NCBI GenBank assembly: GCA_013115145.1
Contig: JAAPAO010000123.1
Span: 5,135 to 69,134 of the forward strand
Reading direction: 5' to 3'
DNA length: 64,000 nt
DNA from: Perkinsus chesapeaki ATCC PRA-425
Taxonomy: Eukaryota > Protista > Perkinsozoa
Both the position numbers and the translations under genes were made by a program. The notes beneath the pieces were generated by a model, which was given only the letters and a program-made list of their open reading frames with translations, made no database searches and had not been told where the DNA came from. Of this stretch, positions 16,422-30,600 are shown one piece after another. Numbering within the stretch: the stretch's first letter is position 1; each line of letters begins with the position of its first letter.

Positions 16422-17819
16422 ATGATGGACCATTTTGGTGAACCTCCTTCAATACCGCAAGCACCGCCGGTGATGGGAGCACCGGATGAGAATGCCAAGC
16501 ATCAAGAACAAGATGAATGGTATCAACAGAATCATGCTGGTTACGAAGCAAGCGCTCAAGCGGGCAGCGGTGAGACTGGAGAATTTAATAGACGACCTTC
16601 TACAGTTAAATTATTATTGAAGAATTCTGTTGTACACTTTGAGGAGGAGACCGAGGGGGCGCCTCCGACGCTACAGGAGATGTGTCGACAGCGGAGTCAG
16701 AGCGATATGACGGCTAATAAGACAGACGCCTCGGTCCTTATTGGAGAGTATGATCCGACTACACAAGAGCTGCAGTACGTGAACCCATACAGAATGGAAG
16801 ATAGCTTCACCAGTGACGGTGGTCTCAATCTTGGTGCCTTTCCTTCGTATATACCATCATCGATCCGCAAGCAGCAACATCAACCTGGGCTTGAAGGCAT
16901 AGAGGAATGTTACGATGATGAGGAAGGCCTGCTGGGCTCGTGTCCATCGCCTGATCCGGCATCAGCGAGCGTTCTGGCCCATCTTGATGGGTTGCTAGCA
17001 ACCCCTCCGATGGAGGCAGCCAACGACGCTGGTCTCCCTGCCCCTGTGGTCGTCAACACTCCTCCAGCTTCGGCGTTCCCTTTGTATGCACAAGATGACC
17101 AAGATGGTGGTGAAACCGGCGAGCAAGAGGAGCAAGGATTTGAGGAAAAGCAGTATAGGTCTCCTCAGAAGTACCAGAGCCGATATACAACTGCCAACAA
17201 CAACAACGGCGCGGGAGCGCGTTATGGCCAACAGCAGCAGCAGACTATAAGGAAGGGTGGCGGACCGATTAGGAATAGCCGCGAGACACCCCCTCATGAC
17301 GGCCCTAATACTACTGTTATGTTCAGGAATATACCCAATAGGTTCTCACCAGAAGCTCTACGTGAAGTGATACGTGACAAGGGCTTTGCTATGAGCATGG
17401 ATTTCTTCTATATGCCCATGGACTTCCAGAATCAGTGTAATTTGGGATATGCTTTTATCAACTTTGTTAATGTCGATGAGCTTGAAAGATTCACCGAAGA
17501 GTTTAATGGTCAGAAGCTGCCTATGTACAAATCACATAAAGTATGCGAAGTATGCCCGGCTCGTGTCCAAGGGTTGAAGGCTAATGTTGATCACTTCCGT
17601 AAATCGGCCGCTCGTGGGACTATTCCTGAAGAGTATAAACCGGTGTGCTTCCGAAATGGTGTTATGGTACCGTTCCCTCCACCTGAGAGAACTTTCAATC
17701 GTATGACAAGTGGTGATGGAGGTGTAGATCACAGGAGATCCTCTAAGAGCTCTACACATAGTGGAACAAGCGGTGGTCGAGGTGTGGACGCCAAGACAAG
17801 CCTACGAACCGAGTCCTAA
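16422..17819 (+). CDS. Mei2-like RNA-binding protein (C-terminal Mei2-type RRM3), intronless
   Basis: TTVMFRNIPNRFSPEAL...DFFYMPMDFQNQCNLGYAFINF...KVCEVCPARVQG is the Mei2 RRM3 signature. ATG at 16422 follows a T-rich AG acceptor-like tract. Confidence 0.92.
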   Translation: MMDHFGEPPSIPQAPPVMGAPDENAKHQEQDEWYQQNHAGYEASAQAGSGETGEFNRRPSTVKLLLKNSVVHFEEETEGAPPTLQEMCRQRSQSDMTANKTDASVLIGEYDPTTQELQYVNPYRMEDSFTSDGGLNLGAFPSYIPSSIRKQQHQPGLEGIEECYDDEEGLLGSCPSPDPASASVLAHLDGLLATPPMEAANDAGLPAPVVVNTPPASAFPLYAQDDQDGGETGEQEEQGFEEKQYRSPQKYQSRYTTANNNNGAGARYGQQQQQTIRKGGGPIRNSRETPPHDGPNTTVMFRNIPNRFSPEALREVIRDKGFAMSMDFFYMPMDFQNQCNLGYAFINFVNVDELERFTEEFNGQKLPMYKSHKVCEVCPARVQGLKANVDHFRKSAARGTIPEEYKPVCFRNGVMVPFPPPERTFNRMTSGDGGVDHRRSSKSSTHSGTSGGRGVDAKTSLRTES

Positions 17820-18662
17820 GCCCCTCCTTTGTAGTTGACAATTTTTGATGTACTTTTCTCCTCCTTATTGCGAGCAGCCTGTACCATATTATTCTGTTGC
17901 TCACCCCCACATAGTCGTCATCATCAACTAGCATCGTTAATTGTTAATAATAATGTCCGTAGAGTATGGTTATACTCATAGCTCTTGTTGGCTGTAGGTA
18001 TTACTGTAACCCTGTTAACCATTGCTATCGTTCTTAACAACTAATATAGCAAGGATAATAATCGAAGCCCCAACCCAGCAGGATTGATTGAGTCATCCTC
18101 GAATCTCGAGTTTTTTATGCCAAGTCGATACTACTAGTCTGTCAGTCGTCGTCAGCAGCAGCAGCAGTACTGTAAATTTCTTCTCTAGCATCATCATGCC
18201 TCCAACAGCCGGCATCCATTCTGTTACGGGGCCGCTGCTGCCAATAGCGGTGCAGTTATGATGGTAGAGTGAGCGGAGTTGTTGAATTGTTTCATCCCAT
18301 TACTAATAATACTATTATGAAGGTGAAGTGGTCGGAGTGTTATAATACCGTAGCACATCTGATTCTACTATATGATCACTTGACTCGATGATGATGATGA
18401 TACTTTCATTACGTGCCTGCCCGTGGAGTCTGTATGGTGTAATGCTGCCGCAGCGATATATCACTAGATGTATCTTTGGCAGCAAGTAGAAGAAGACGGC
18501 TTCGAAACTCCTTTTACCTATAGTGCATGTAGTTGATTTTGTCAATTTGATGGGGAGTCGAACGCGCAACTTCTGACTGAGGTAGTGTACCTCTCGGAGC
18601 AACATGGTCGCCCAAATGACGCGTGCCAATTATTTCATCCATTAAGTTTGCCTTCGCATGAA

Positions 18663-21600
18663 ATGATGCCGGCGAGCAGCTTCATACGGCATTCCAGCTG
18701 GCAACCTTTTCGGGTCTCGGCTGTGGCCTTTATGGCGGCAACCCTTTACTTTCACACATCGACAGCTGCCGAGTCATCACTCCGGCAGGAGGGCAGAAAC
18801 TCTGAGACTGACATCAGCAGAGGCTTGGTAAGAGGTATGCGCCACTCCGAGATGCCACAGTTATGCAACTAAAGTTGTTGACTGTGTTGCCCTGTTGCAG
18901 GCAACAGTGACCGATGTGCTGGTGCAAGCTAATACTGAGTTGGAGATACTAGAGCCGGGGGAGAGTTCGCCAATCAACAGGGGATATCAACAGAGCTTCA
19001 AAGACCTCAATGCGCTTTATGCAGGCTTGGAGTAAGAAGCATCTCTCGTGGAGGGACAAACGGCGCTCTGGTGGTAGGTATCAATGGTTGGCCGTTCGTC
19101 TGCGTAATGGAGACCAGTTCAATGTGGATGAGGCCAGGTTCACATTAGTGAAAGGAGAGCCGAATACAGCGGCGGTATCACCAACGGCCATGCCAGCACT
19201 CACGCAGCTAGTCCCTTTGCTTAGGTTCAGTCTGGCTACTGTTTAGAGGGGCACGGTAGTTCGCAGCTCGCAGGGCCCGCGAGAGTGTCGGATCCATGGG
19301 CAGAGTCTCCCCATGCGGCAACAACCGATACTGTCACCACCCCAGCGGCTTTGCTCTACGGAGAGACTACCAATGGCGCCACTACTACGCGGACTCCTCT
19401 CACCTTCAAGATGGGGGGCATCTATCGACTGTGTTATTCCTCCGATGGTGAGTCAATCATCTTAGTCTCAAGCTAGATAAGCCCCGATCAGGTTCATTTC
19501 TTAGTGGCAAGACTGATACTCCTGATATATCAATATATGTTAGCGGCGTCTCTGTTGATTGCGAAGAGCGCGACTGTTTGGCGCTGAGGCCATTCAGATG
19601 TTGGGCGCTCTGGAACGCCCATAACCCAACCGACAGCTGCGTTGTGAACTACGACTCCTTCACACCTTCGGACTTCCCGGGCAAAGCTACCTGGACGGCC
19701 AGCTTCTCGGCGACGTACGATACCAACACTGGAGTTCAAGCGACCTACACTCCACAGTCCTGCGGGTTGAGCACTCCCTCGGAAGTCCTTTGTGATGCCG
19801 GTGGAAGCTGCAACATGACCGGCGGTTACGTGCTCAGCACTGATGGTCTCAAAAGCGACCTTGAAGTTAAGATACCGCGAACGGTCGGGTGGCTAAATGG
19901 AAGCAACTACCGGGCCCATGCAGTGGCGGCCTGCTACTGTCCAGATTATGATGCGACAGTTGGAGGGAAGTGTGACGCTCCGAACGAGTAGGCTTTTCTC
20001 GTCACTTTTATTGAAGTGCAATCCCTCAGGTATATACAACAAATTGGAATCATTCAGATCTACACGCTAAAGCTTTGTAGCCCTTTCCTCGACGACTGCA
20101 CTGACGCCTATTTCACAGCGGTGGCTCCTGCTCAGCAGTTTACTATAAGAGTTGACTGTCCACCTGGCGCCTGCGAGTTCAACCTTGACAGCCGCATTAA
20201 AGTCGTTTCGGTATCGGATGCTGCTCGTACTGATTCAGCGTTCGACTTGCCCAGCTGGACCACAAGCCCGGTTGCACATGGCTGCCATGGTGCCAGCCAT
20301 ACCGAGATGCTTCCGCTGCCAGTAACGTGTTATAGTCCTACCAACTGCACCCTTCATGGCGGGTATCGGCAAGACAGGAAAGAGTTCGGTATTCCCATCA
20401 ACGGTACATCGGCCTACGTGTTTGAAGCCGGTTGGACTGTTCATGAAAAACTCAACTTCGCCTCGCCGAAGGAGTTTGATGTTTGTTTCTGCCATGGGTC
20501 ATGTGATACCGCTACCAACTGGTTCAAGGTGGGACAGTTCTCTCTCCATTCCTTTAGACCATCAAGTGGCTACGCCTTCATTGGCGATACTGTGAGCGAG
20601 TACGCCTTCCTCAAGTACGTTAATAGGAACGGTACCCTCACCTTTGATCGCTGGCTGAATCAAAGCTCCAACCAGATGACACTAGGCCTGCAGGATAATG
20701 GTATCATCAAGCTCCTGAGTGATAATGACGGAAGTATTACCGACCAAGATTGCCAGACTAGAACGTGGGACACCAACTACGTGCCAGCGCTGTACTCTTC
20801 GACAGTGGGGAGATACAGAGGGCTGCAGCACAGCAGCTTCCCCTATCAGATGGGCTTTACCAATAAGACCCGCTACGCCGACCTGTCTGAGACACTGCTT
20901 GCCACTAAAGCTGGTATAATGGCCGTGTGTTACTGTGCTCTCACTGTACCGGGGAGCTACCAGTGTCGTGATAGCAGCTCCTGGGGACTGGTCCTGCGCT
21001 TCACCATACGAGGGCCGACACCGGGCCAGCGCTGGTCTTTTGCAACGAACATTGCTATACGATTCGAGTACGAAGGGTGGGGCCTGAGTAGTACTGACAC
21101 TATCAGAATAATAAGGGCTAGTGGTAGCTGTACTGGTAACAGTGGAAACCCCCTGAACATGGAGCCAACTGTCTACGAGGGCTGCCCGACCAAGTGCGCA
21201 GCGGTATCGAATGTGGTGGGCGCGGAGACCAACATCGGCGGTATTGTTCCCAAATTCGACCAAGTCAACTGCGATGTCCACAACAAGAACTGTGATCGGT
21301 CCCTAGTTACGCGTATCGAGGTTGCTAGTGACACCGAAACCTATCTTTACTTCTCGGCGCCACCTTATCTGAGGACGGGAGACGTCATCATTATAACATC
21401 AGGAGTGATGTGTGATACAATTGTTAGTGACAACCCATGCGATGAAGACATGGTGGCGGCAATGAAAGGCGTGCATGAATTCTCTGATCACGCTACTAAC
21501 AATGCCACTCTCGCCGACACATATTTTGTGGGCCATACCGTCACTGCTGTCGAGGGCACTCTGACAAAGTTCTCGGTTAACATCGGCTGGCCCGATGCTA

Positions 21601-24600
21601 AAAGGCCCTACTTCTCGACGGGCTCTTCCTTCGGTGAATGGACAGCATTGAACCGTTTCATTACTAAGGAGGAGATAAAAGCCACCTCGGAGAAGCACGA
21701 CTTGAAGGTGTGCTGGTCTTATGGCGGCAACGGCAATTACGTTGCCGAGGCCGGCCGCATATCCTTCATAGACCCCTTCCCCATGGCGGGCACATCTGTG
21801 TCCCTCTCCACTACTGCCGTTGGTGCACGGGCCCCGGGAGTGATATCTTTCAAGACTGCAGGAGCTGCAATCGGCAAACTGTACACTCAGTCGACAGAGC
21901 TCACTCAGCTGAAGATCATATTCTTGGACACGGGCTTCCTAGAAGCATATTATTCGGGGACAGAGAGCCCTGAAATTGACGATAACAATACAAGTGAAGA
22001 TGAGCTCGAGGAAGCCAGGCAGTACGTCTGCGGGAAGTTGTTCAAAGAGCTTTGGAGCGACGATACAGAGAATGGCTTCCCCGTTCCTAAGGGCTGCTAT
22101 TATCGCTCGTACGATTCTTACAGAGAGTTCTTCATCGTATTTGACCGCCTTAATGGCTTGAAGCCAGACACTAACTACAAGATAGTAATGAACATGGCTG
22201 GCTTCGAAGGCCAGTCCACCGATGAGGAGTATGTTCGCATCATCTCTATGGTAGCTCTTGAAAGTGCCCCCTACACGGCCTTGGAAATAGGGCGTCCTTT
22301 GCTCACCCGACTTGTTGTTCCCGCTGGCGGTGTAACGGATCCTCACTTTTTGGTGCCCGGTGGTTTATCTATCTCTGGTGGTGACAACCAGGTTAGAGAA
22401 CTGACCACAGGTTCGACTCTGGGCGGTGACGATTCTCAGCTCACTCTCCTTATCAAAGGACCAGCTAATGAGCTTTCGGCCATCACTGGTGGACATATAC
22501 TGCGGATCTATTTGTGGCCGCTGCTCCAATGGGACATGGAAACAGAGCCGATGGCAGTGTGCACGCCAGTGAGCTCGCAGCACACCTGTGGCACCATCGA
22601 TGAAGTGAAGACAGAGGCTGTCGTGCCGAATGGGTATAACAACATTCTCAGGCTTAGCTTCCCTGCCGACATGACTCCTTTGTTTGGCGGTAGAGCTCAC
22701 GCGATAAAGCTCTCCAACTTGGACCTCCCGACCGGTGGATTCTTCCCTGATCGACTGGCTGCCCAGATCACAACATCGACAGATAAGAGCCCATCCTATA
22801 TCATGTCAAGTGGCGATTACATATGGAAGAAGCCTGATGCAGGATACACAGTTGGGAAGGTAAGGCGAACACTGGGCTCTTAAGAACTGCTGCTTCCTTA
22901 TAACTGCGTTTAGATACTCGCTAACGATGGCGACCCAAAGCCATTTCAATCGGACCTCGGCAACATCCTCTACGTTAAGCTCAATCTCGGCGCGACTTTA
23001 TTCGCCGGCGGTGGTGCGGCCACGAGCGCTAGGCTTACATTACAGCTTCCGCAAGGGTACCAATGTGTACAAGCAGCTCCAGCTGAAGACAACCTGTCCT
23101 TGTTCGACACCAGAGTCCCCCATGGCAGGGGCACTGTAGAGAAGCCCGAAATGTGGTCGTTCGAGTCTAATAATGAATGCAGCTTTAGTCTCTCCGGATA
23201 CGACGTTATATTCAGTGGCAGCAGTCTCATGGCTAGGATAACCGTTAATAACCCCTCATTCCCAATAGGCCAAGCCAGCAGCTCTAATAGATGGCGCGTG
23301 AAGATAGCTTCTCGCGGGTATTACTCCCAAGCCAGCAATATGTACCCTGTCGAAGGCAGTGTATTCACCTCATCAGAGCCGGAATACTTCTACGGCAGCA
23401 GATCGGTGCTGGGCAAACTCAGTACAGCTGTTATCGTTCCTGGTGATTTCGCGCTCTCTACCGCTACGACCCTCCACCGTCACTGGATAAGCGTTTGGTT
23501 CCACACGCAACAGTCAGCTGGCCAAAACGGCTACGTTCTAATTCACGCGCCCCGGCATTTCGACTTTGGCAAAGCATGCAGAGTTGAGGACTTAGATGGG
23601 CAGTATTACATCAGCGGTGGAGAAGTGACGGCCTCAAGGCTTCCAACAGTACTCAGCTGCGAAGGTCTGGCGGAGGCAACAGACCGGCCCAACTTGCAGG
23701 GCAATGGTCCAAGTACAGAACCGTCGGCGAGGTGACCACAGTCGAAGTGTGCACCGGGTACGTCAAGTGTTTAGATACCACCAAGCTCTGATAAAGAACC
23801 AGCGCTTACTTAAGGAAGATTCCCTGTATGGGTTCACAATAAGGATAGTCAATCCATTGGTCGAGAACATGAACTCTGCCGATGACAACTCCTGGCGGAT
23901 ATGGACTCTTAACAGCAAATTACAGTAGGAGCCCATTAGGGATCGGCGCTGAATTGCCCCCCCCAGGTATGTAGACGGCACTCCGAATACCGTGCCCCTG
24001 ATACCACAGTCTCCCAACTCTTGGAAGCCATACCAGAACACACTCAGCACGCCTGCTGAGCCCCAACGGGACGGTAGACCATTAAACGTTGCAGCTTTAA
24101 CGACTGCATTTTTCACTTTCAGGTACCTTCCATATTTCAGCCCACCTTAGCTCTTCAATTCCCTATCGGCAGAGCCTTCAGCTATCTACCCTGGAGATAT
24201 TCATTTGGCGTCTTCCTTGGTCAACCAACAGTGCGCCACAAGCCCGTGCATGCATGTGTGCAGACGTCTTCGTTTAGGTACTTTCCGTGCAGCCCTGCCT
24301 GACGGATGGCAATGGGTCATTCGCTCCGTCGAGGACTTCGTTGCCTGCCGAAACTGCACTCGAGGCGATCCTCTCGTTTATCACCAGCTCCGCAACATCA
24401 CTACCGATTGGCCGGCTTTGGAGTTGCCCGTCAACGTTTCCTCGGTGAAGCTGCCATGGTAGCTCTTGTTCTCTATATCCTTTGCAGGTTCTGTCCTGGG
24501 GAGCCCGACGCATGTACTTCAACGCGTCGGAAATTTACGGCTTCCGTGCCCCTGTGATGGTACCTCTTTTCCCGCCCACCGCTTCAGCGAGGAATCTTAT

Positions 24601-27600
24601 CATCGAATTTGGATACGACGAGGTGCAGCAGCTCCGAGGCTAGAGGATCTTATTGACACTTGTCTTCAGGCGGAGGCTTCGGACCGGCCATTCGCAGCAT
24701 TGCTGCCACTCGGGACAATTACTTCCCTCGGGGACGCCACCGTAAGGGCGAGGCTTCCTCTCGGTGCATGAGGAAGAACACGCTTCAGGTATCTTCAAGC
24801 AGCGGTGTCATTGGGAAGCAAATTGAGGTCGTGTTTACGGTACAGACGGCCAGTACGATCCTTTCCAACACTGACAAGCTGGTCATCACCTTCCCTGAGG
24901 GTTATGAGATGCCGTCAGCATGCCTTTTATCTTCATCAACACCACCATCTAGGCTTCTAGCGGCGCAGCTAGAGACAGCTCCCCAGACCATGAACGAATG
25001 GACATTGCCACACCTTTCAACGACAACTGCCGATGGTTCAGCTTCATCGGGTACCTCGAGCGGTGCCACGACGGGCTTGGCACTGCCCGCTGGGGTGGAG
25101 TGTGCATGGGACTCTTCGCACCACACTGTCAGTCTTCGACCCACTACTGTTGACATCTCTCCAGGATTGTATCAGTTTGAGCTGGTGAGGGTCGTGAACC
25201 CTAGCGACGTTCGGGAAGTGGTGGTTGATGCTACCTCCCCCTGCGGTATGTCTTCCTGCTTCAAGCTAGAGTCATTCCGCGGCGACTTCACCCTAGACTC
25301 GCCCACGTACTATCCAGCGCAGGCTCTCAGCATGAAGATGGATGCGGCCAGCCTGGCGCCTATCACAGATGCTCAACGAACAGCCAGTGGACGCAACGAT
25401 CGCCCTGGCAAGGAGAACAATGTGGTGCTCCAATTCAGACTACCAACTGACAAAAAATCTGGCGACTCGACCTTGCTATTAACCGGCCCCCAGTCCTTGG
25501 TCTTTGCCGAGGACTGCCTGGTCGGATTAGAGACCAGACCGGATAAGGTTTTCGGAGAGGGACAGCCACTCCCTCGGCAGTACACCAACTGGCCAGCGTC
25601 AGCCGAGATACGATCCTGTTCTGGCGGCCAAAACGTCGCTCGCATGATCGTGTCTGCGGGGCTCGAGAAGGAGAATCTTTACGCCTTCAGAGTGCGAATC
25701 CAAAGCAACCCTCTGGAGGAGCCTACTAATAACGTGTGGACTATCGCTCTTGGTGGAGAGAGCAGCGAACCCTTCCTCGGGTTCAAACTATGGTCCTTCC
25801 AGCCCGCTGAGGTCGTGCCCGTTAGCGTAGCCAAGAATATGCTCCGTGAGCAAGCGACGCAATTGGGCGTGCCTTTCCTGTTGGTGAAGAATCCGGTATC
25901 GATATCCTTCACCACGCACAACCGGGTGGACCGAGACAGTCCGATCCGAGGCGGAGGGGCTGTCATCATGCTCACTGCTCCATCTGACTTCGCTTTCGTC
26001 ACTCGCACGGATATTCCGCGCAGTCGAGAGTGCGACGGAGTAACCCTCGAGGAGCTAGCTGGTGATGACCCGGAGACTGAACCAGCCTCGGAGTTCCGGT
26101 AGGGCCTAAAAGGTCCTTATATAGTCCCCAAATCATCCATCGTCAGGTCTTCTGACTACTCCTGCATCATCTCCGATCCAAACCCTGATACGGCATCGAC
26201 AAGCTTTGCCAAGTAAGACTTTGAGACTATCAATCAGCGGAGAATCTTGCTGATATCAGATACCATCGCCTCACCATGACCTTCCTCAGCGACAAACCAT
26301 TGCTGCCAAGGCGTCGGTATCGTCTCACAGTCCTAGTCAATAATCCAGATGTTATCGTTGATACATCAAAAGGAGACTGGCTACTCCAGAGCTTCAGGAA
26401 TGCTCTTGACGTGTAGGAACCACACGCACAGACTTAGTCGCAGTCGCTGCCATCTTAGGGAGGATCCTGCGATATCCGCACTGGATGAAACATCTATTCG
26501 AGGCTTCACTGTCAGCAATGTCCTCAGCGAGTTCGTCGTTAGGAATTTCGATTCGGCTATTGGGCTGCCGATTGTAGCCGGCAAGACCGAGGTGAGCTGT
26601 GTCTCAGCTCAGACGTGGTTGACTGCATTGCGCGACTGCTCAGATACCAGCGTTGTACATGTCGGTTAAGTTCTCGGCCAGGTTGGATCTAGGGGATATC
26701 TTCTTAATTGAAGCTCCGGAAGGCTTTGAGTTCGGCGCCGACGGTGACGTTTGCCGTGGATTCACTTGGATCACTACGCAAGGAAAGTGAGCATCGTCTA
26801 CTCTCAATGGAAGGTTGTCCGCCCTCCTCCGAGCCTCACAACCCTCTGCAGTTACCTCCCGAACTCCCTTCCCACTTGCAGCGGTAGGATAATGCACCTT
26901 ATCGTGGATGAGCCCACAGCTTATCCGTCTGGCCATGTAAGGAGCGCCCCCTCGCCCCCTGTATTTTCGTACACTTTTAGACTATCGAATGGACGATCTC
27001 TACCATTAATCCACCCGAGACGCCTTTGCTCATTCACAACTATTGGAAGGCCGCTCACTTCCGTCGTTCCTCGCAAAATGCTGCAGTACGACGCCTGCTT
27101 GGTGGCCGTCTTAACCCAACACCTCAGGTATCGGTTATAGCGAGCGCCGTGCATGTATCTTGGACTGTGGTACCTCAACTGGAGAACTGCTCAGTGGAGC
27201 TCACAGGGCAGATGCTTGCTGCCACCAGAACATCGGACATCGAGGTCGGTATGCCATCCCTTTGATAGGAATCTTTCCGTTTCAGATATCCTTCACAGCC
27301 GTCTCGGCAGCGGATAAATTGGTGGTGAGGGCACTACAGCCGCCGGGCTTTGACTTTGCCTCTGCGGTGGTGCTCTCAAGTGGGCATGAAATTCTAGAGT
27401 CGACCGGCAATACTGTCAGTCTCCGCGTCGTGATCAGAGCTTGGGAGAGGAGCAAAGTCAGGCTTGGAAAGGTGCGCTGGTAGACCCCTGTAGGAGCATA
27501 ATGGTGGACTTAGGTTCGACTGGGCGAAGGTGGCGGTATGACAGAGTTTGAGATAACTACGTTTTTAATAGACGAGAAGAAGGACCAGAAGTCCGCCTAC

Positions 27601-30600
27601 AAAGAGGGTTTTAAGCAGCCTGGTGAAGCTAGACTTGTGCACCTCAATTTCCATCTGTCTGGTTAGGACTGCTAACCGTCCCCCAGGCTAGCTTATCATC
27701 ATCCTTCAACTCGGATCCCCTAGCCCATCCTGTATCATCACAGTGGGGAGTCCAGCTCTCTACCCTCGATGTCGTGGTGGAGGCCACAGCTGTCCTCCGC
27801 AGTACCATGACAAGGTATCTATGCTCTACTCATTGAGCGCCTAATGACACCAACCCTCAGGACGGCCCTAGCCGGTCAAGTGCTGTACATCAATGCGAAG
27901 TCCTTTGCTGTTAACGGCGAGGGGTTCAGCGTGAGAGATGAGATTAATAATCACACTCTAGAGGTAGCTCATGAGATCTGGACGCCATCTAAGCATCTTA
28001 CTCGCAGATCTCCAACCTCACAGTGTCCGACGACTCTTTATGGTGCATTCTAATGGATCCGCTCCAAGCTGGGCACGTCTACGACATATCGATCAATGTC
28101 CAGACGCCAGTGGATCGGCGCCGTATCTACCCGGAGCTCTTCGCTCTCTCGGCTAAGCAGCTCATCGCTCTTTCGCCCGAAAGTAAGACAGTTCTCTAGT
28201 CCACGATGTGCTGACTCTGCTTGTTAGCTCTGGCGAAGATGACAATAGATTCAAAGTGGCTGTTGGAAACTAGACTACTCGAAGAAGATATTGCCTCCAC
28301 CACCACAACGAGGCGTCTGCCAACTAACACCAATGACCGGTGAGAAGTCTCCCTAGCGTTGTTGAGTTCACCACTGCATCAGGTACATGCGGTCACCGGA
28401 CGAACCCGAGAGTGCAGATAACTCATGGTTCGACATGGTGGCTCAGTTAGACTTCGAGGTTGTGCCAGCGTCCTGTCTCCTTTGTCCTCGGCAGCATCCG
28501 CCCGGCGCGTACATAAGGGTAAGTGCATTGTTGGCTCCTGTCTTACACATTACCATCAGGTATCGCTCGTGCTTGATCCTCAAGGGTCCAAGCCAGATAT
28601 CCTATACCTTGTGGCTCCACCTGACTTCACTTTTGCCACTCCAGACTGCTTACATCAATACCGAGGGACAGATATTCGAGGGTGCCGCCCAACCACTCTC
28701 GATCTTCCCGATGGGACTCAACGACAGGTAACTCAGCGAAGCCCGCCCACAGCACCTGTTGTCGTACTGTAAGCTATTCCACTTCACTGTTGTAATGGAT
28801 GACGGTAGACTGCCTATAGACTCTATGTAAACCCTAAATGGTGTCCACCCGAGGGTGATTAGTTGGGGGCACCAAAGGCCCAACATGGGGAGGTCTTTTA
28901 GTCTGTTAGTGTTTCAAAGGGTCGACCACGTTCCCTCGAAATCGACGTGCATCTGGCGTCTGGCTGACCCCGGCGATAGCACTTGTGGCACTCAGCTTTC
29001 TGTTAGGCGGCAGTCCTTCTCGCTCGTCTAGGAGGCCTACAGTCTTCCCCGCAAAGCTTGAAGCTTTCTGTGCTGACGCCGAAGCAGAGTCCAAATGCGA
29101 CTGAATGGTAGTAGCTTCATCACATTGCGTCGTACTGGATTCGTACTCAGGTATATACGAGCAATCAAGTTCAAGAATGACCCAGCACCCGCACTGAGTA
29201 AAATCTAGTCTCGAGTGTTTGCCCTCGAAGATGTGGTTAGTTTCCTCCTGTCAGGCTCCATAGACAACTTCGTGTACAATCCAGAAGAGCATATAGAAGT
29301 CGGCTGGTCTGAACACGAAGGCTTTGAAGTCAGGTAAGTGTTCTAGTTTAACTTGCAGCAAAATTGCCGTGCCTCCTTCATTCAGGCAAATGGAGGATTC
29401 TCGTGTCCTTTATGGTGCGTTACCCAGCGATCAATACAATGACATTAAGTTGCTTATGGCCGTGGGTTTCACCACCAAGCAAACGTAAGAGCGACTCACC
29501 TCCAAAAGGGGTTACATTTGTTATGGTCAGATTCGATCTAGCTGGGGGGGTTGTGAGAATCATTCTCCCGGACGACTTCAATATATTCTGCGACACCCTC
29601 GAGGTCTACTATCTCCCCGTTTCCACAAGCACCACGGATAAGTCCGTCCGAGCTTAAGAAATTCAGCTCAGATCTGAGCCCTTTGCAGGTGTAGCGTCAC
29701 CCGGCCCACGGGAACTAGCAGGCCGGTTGTCGAGTTGCGACTGGTCGATCTACTAACGCCTCGAGGTCTGCATTTGAACCCTCGGACTCTGTGGGCAAAT
29801 TGAGTCCCTCTTCAGATTACGGCTTCTCGATACTCGTGAACACTCCTCAAGTAACAGCTAGTCCAAACGACTTCACTATAGTCCTCGAAGACCAAAGTGG
29901 CAACGTGCAGGATGCAGCGATGACGATACCTGGTAGGATGGGTAATCCTTATGTCTTCTGTAGAGTTGTGCGCCGCTAGGTTTCACGGTCGAGTACGGAA
30001 CACCGATAAGTGCGTCACATCGTGTCACGTTCCAGCAAGACTCACTGTCGTCCAAAGACCCAGAGGAAGCGACAGTCGCAAAACCTTCCCCAGCGGCGGG
30101 CAGCACAGTGATGCTACAAGTAAGCTTCTAGCTAAGATACACTTCCTGGCACTCACTGCTATTTCAGGACGTTGTAGACTATCGAGTGACCCTGAGGTTC
30201 AACGTCATTAAGGTTTTCCCCACAGATGGCGGTGTGCACAGGATACGAATAGAGTACTTTTGTTCATACTTCCTCTCTTCCTCGGATTTCTTGCTCGCTT
30301 AGGTACCCGATTGGAGTAATACACAACAAGGTTCAACAAGATAATATAAATGCATCATTTGGAGCGCAGATAAGCGGCCAACTTCGAACAGTAAGTCCCT
30401 TGCCGCACGCTGGTGTTAGACGAGTTTCCAGGCCACCGAAAAGGTGGAACTAGATGGAACGAACGCCATTGTATTGTTCACGAAGAAAGGATCCCAACGT
30501 CTCCCAGTGGGGCAGCATTCTATCAACGGTGAGCTCTCCTCCAGTACTGGCCGAATGACATGTGCCCTTAGTCCCTGTTACGCTGCCGGATTCACAACCA

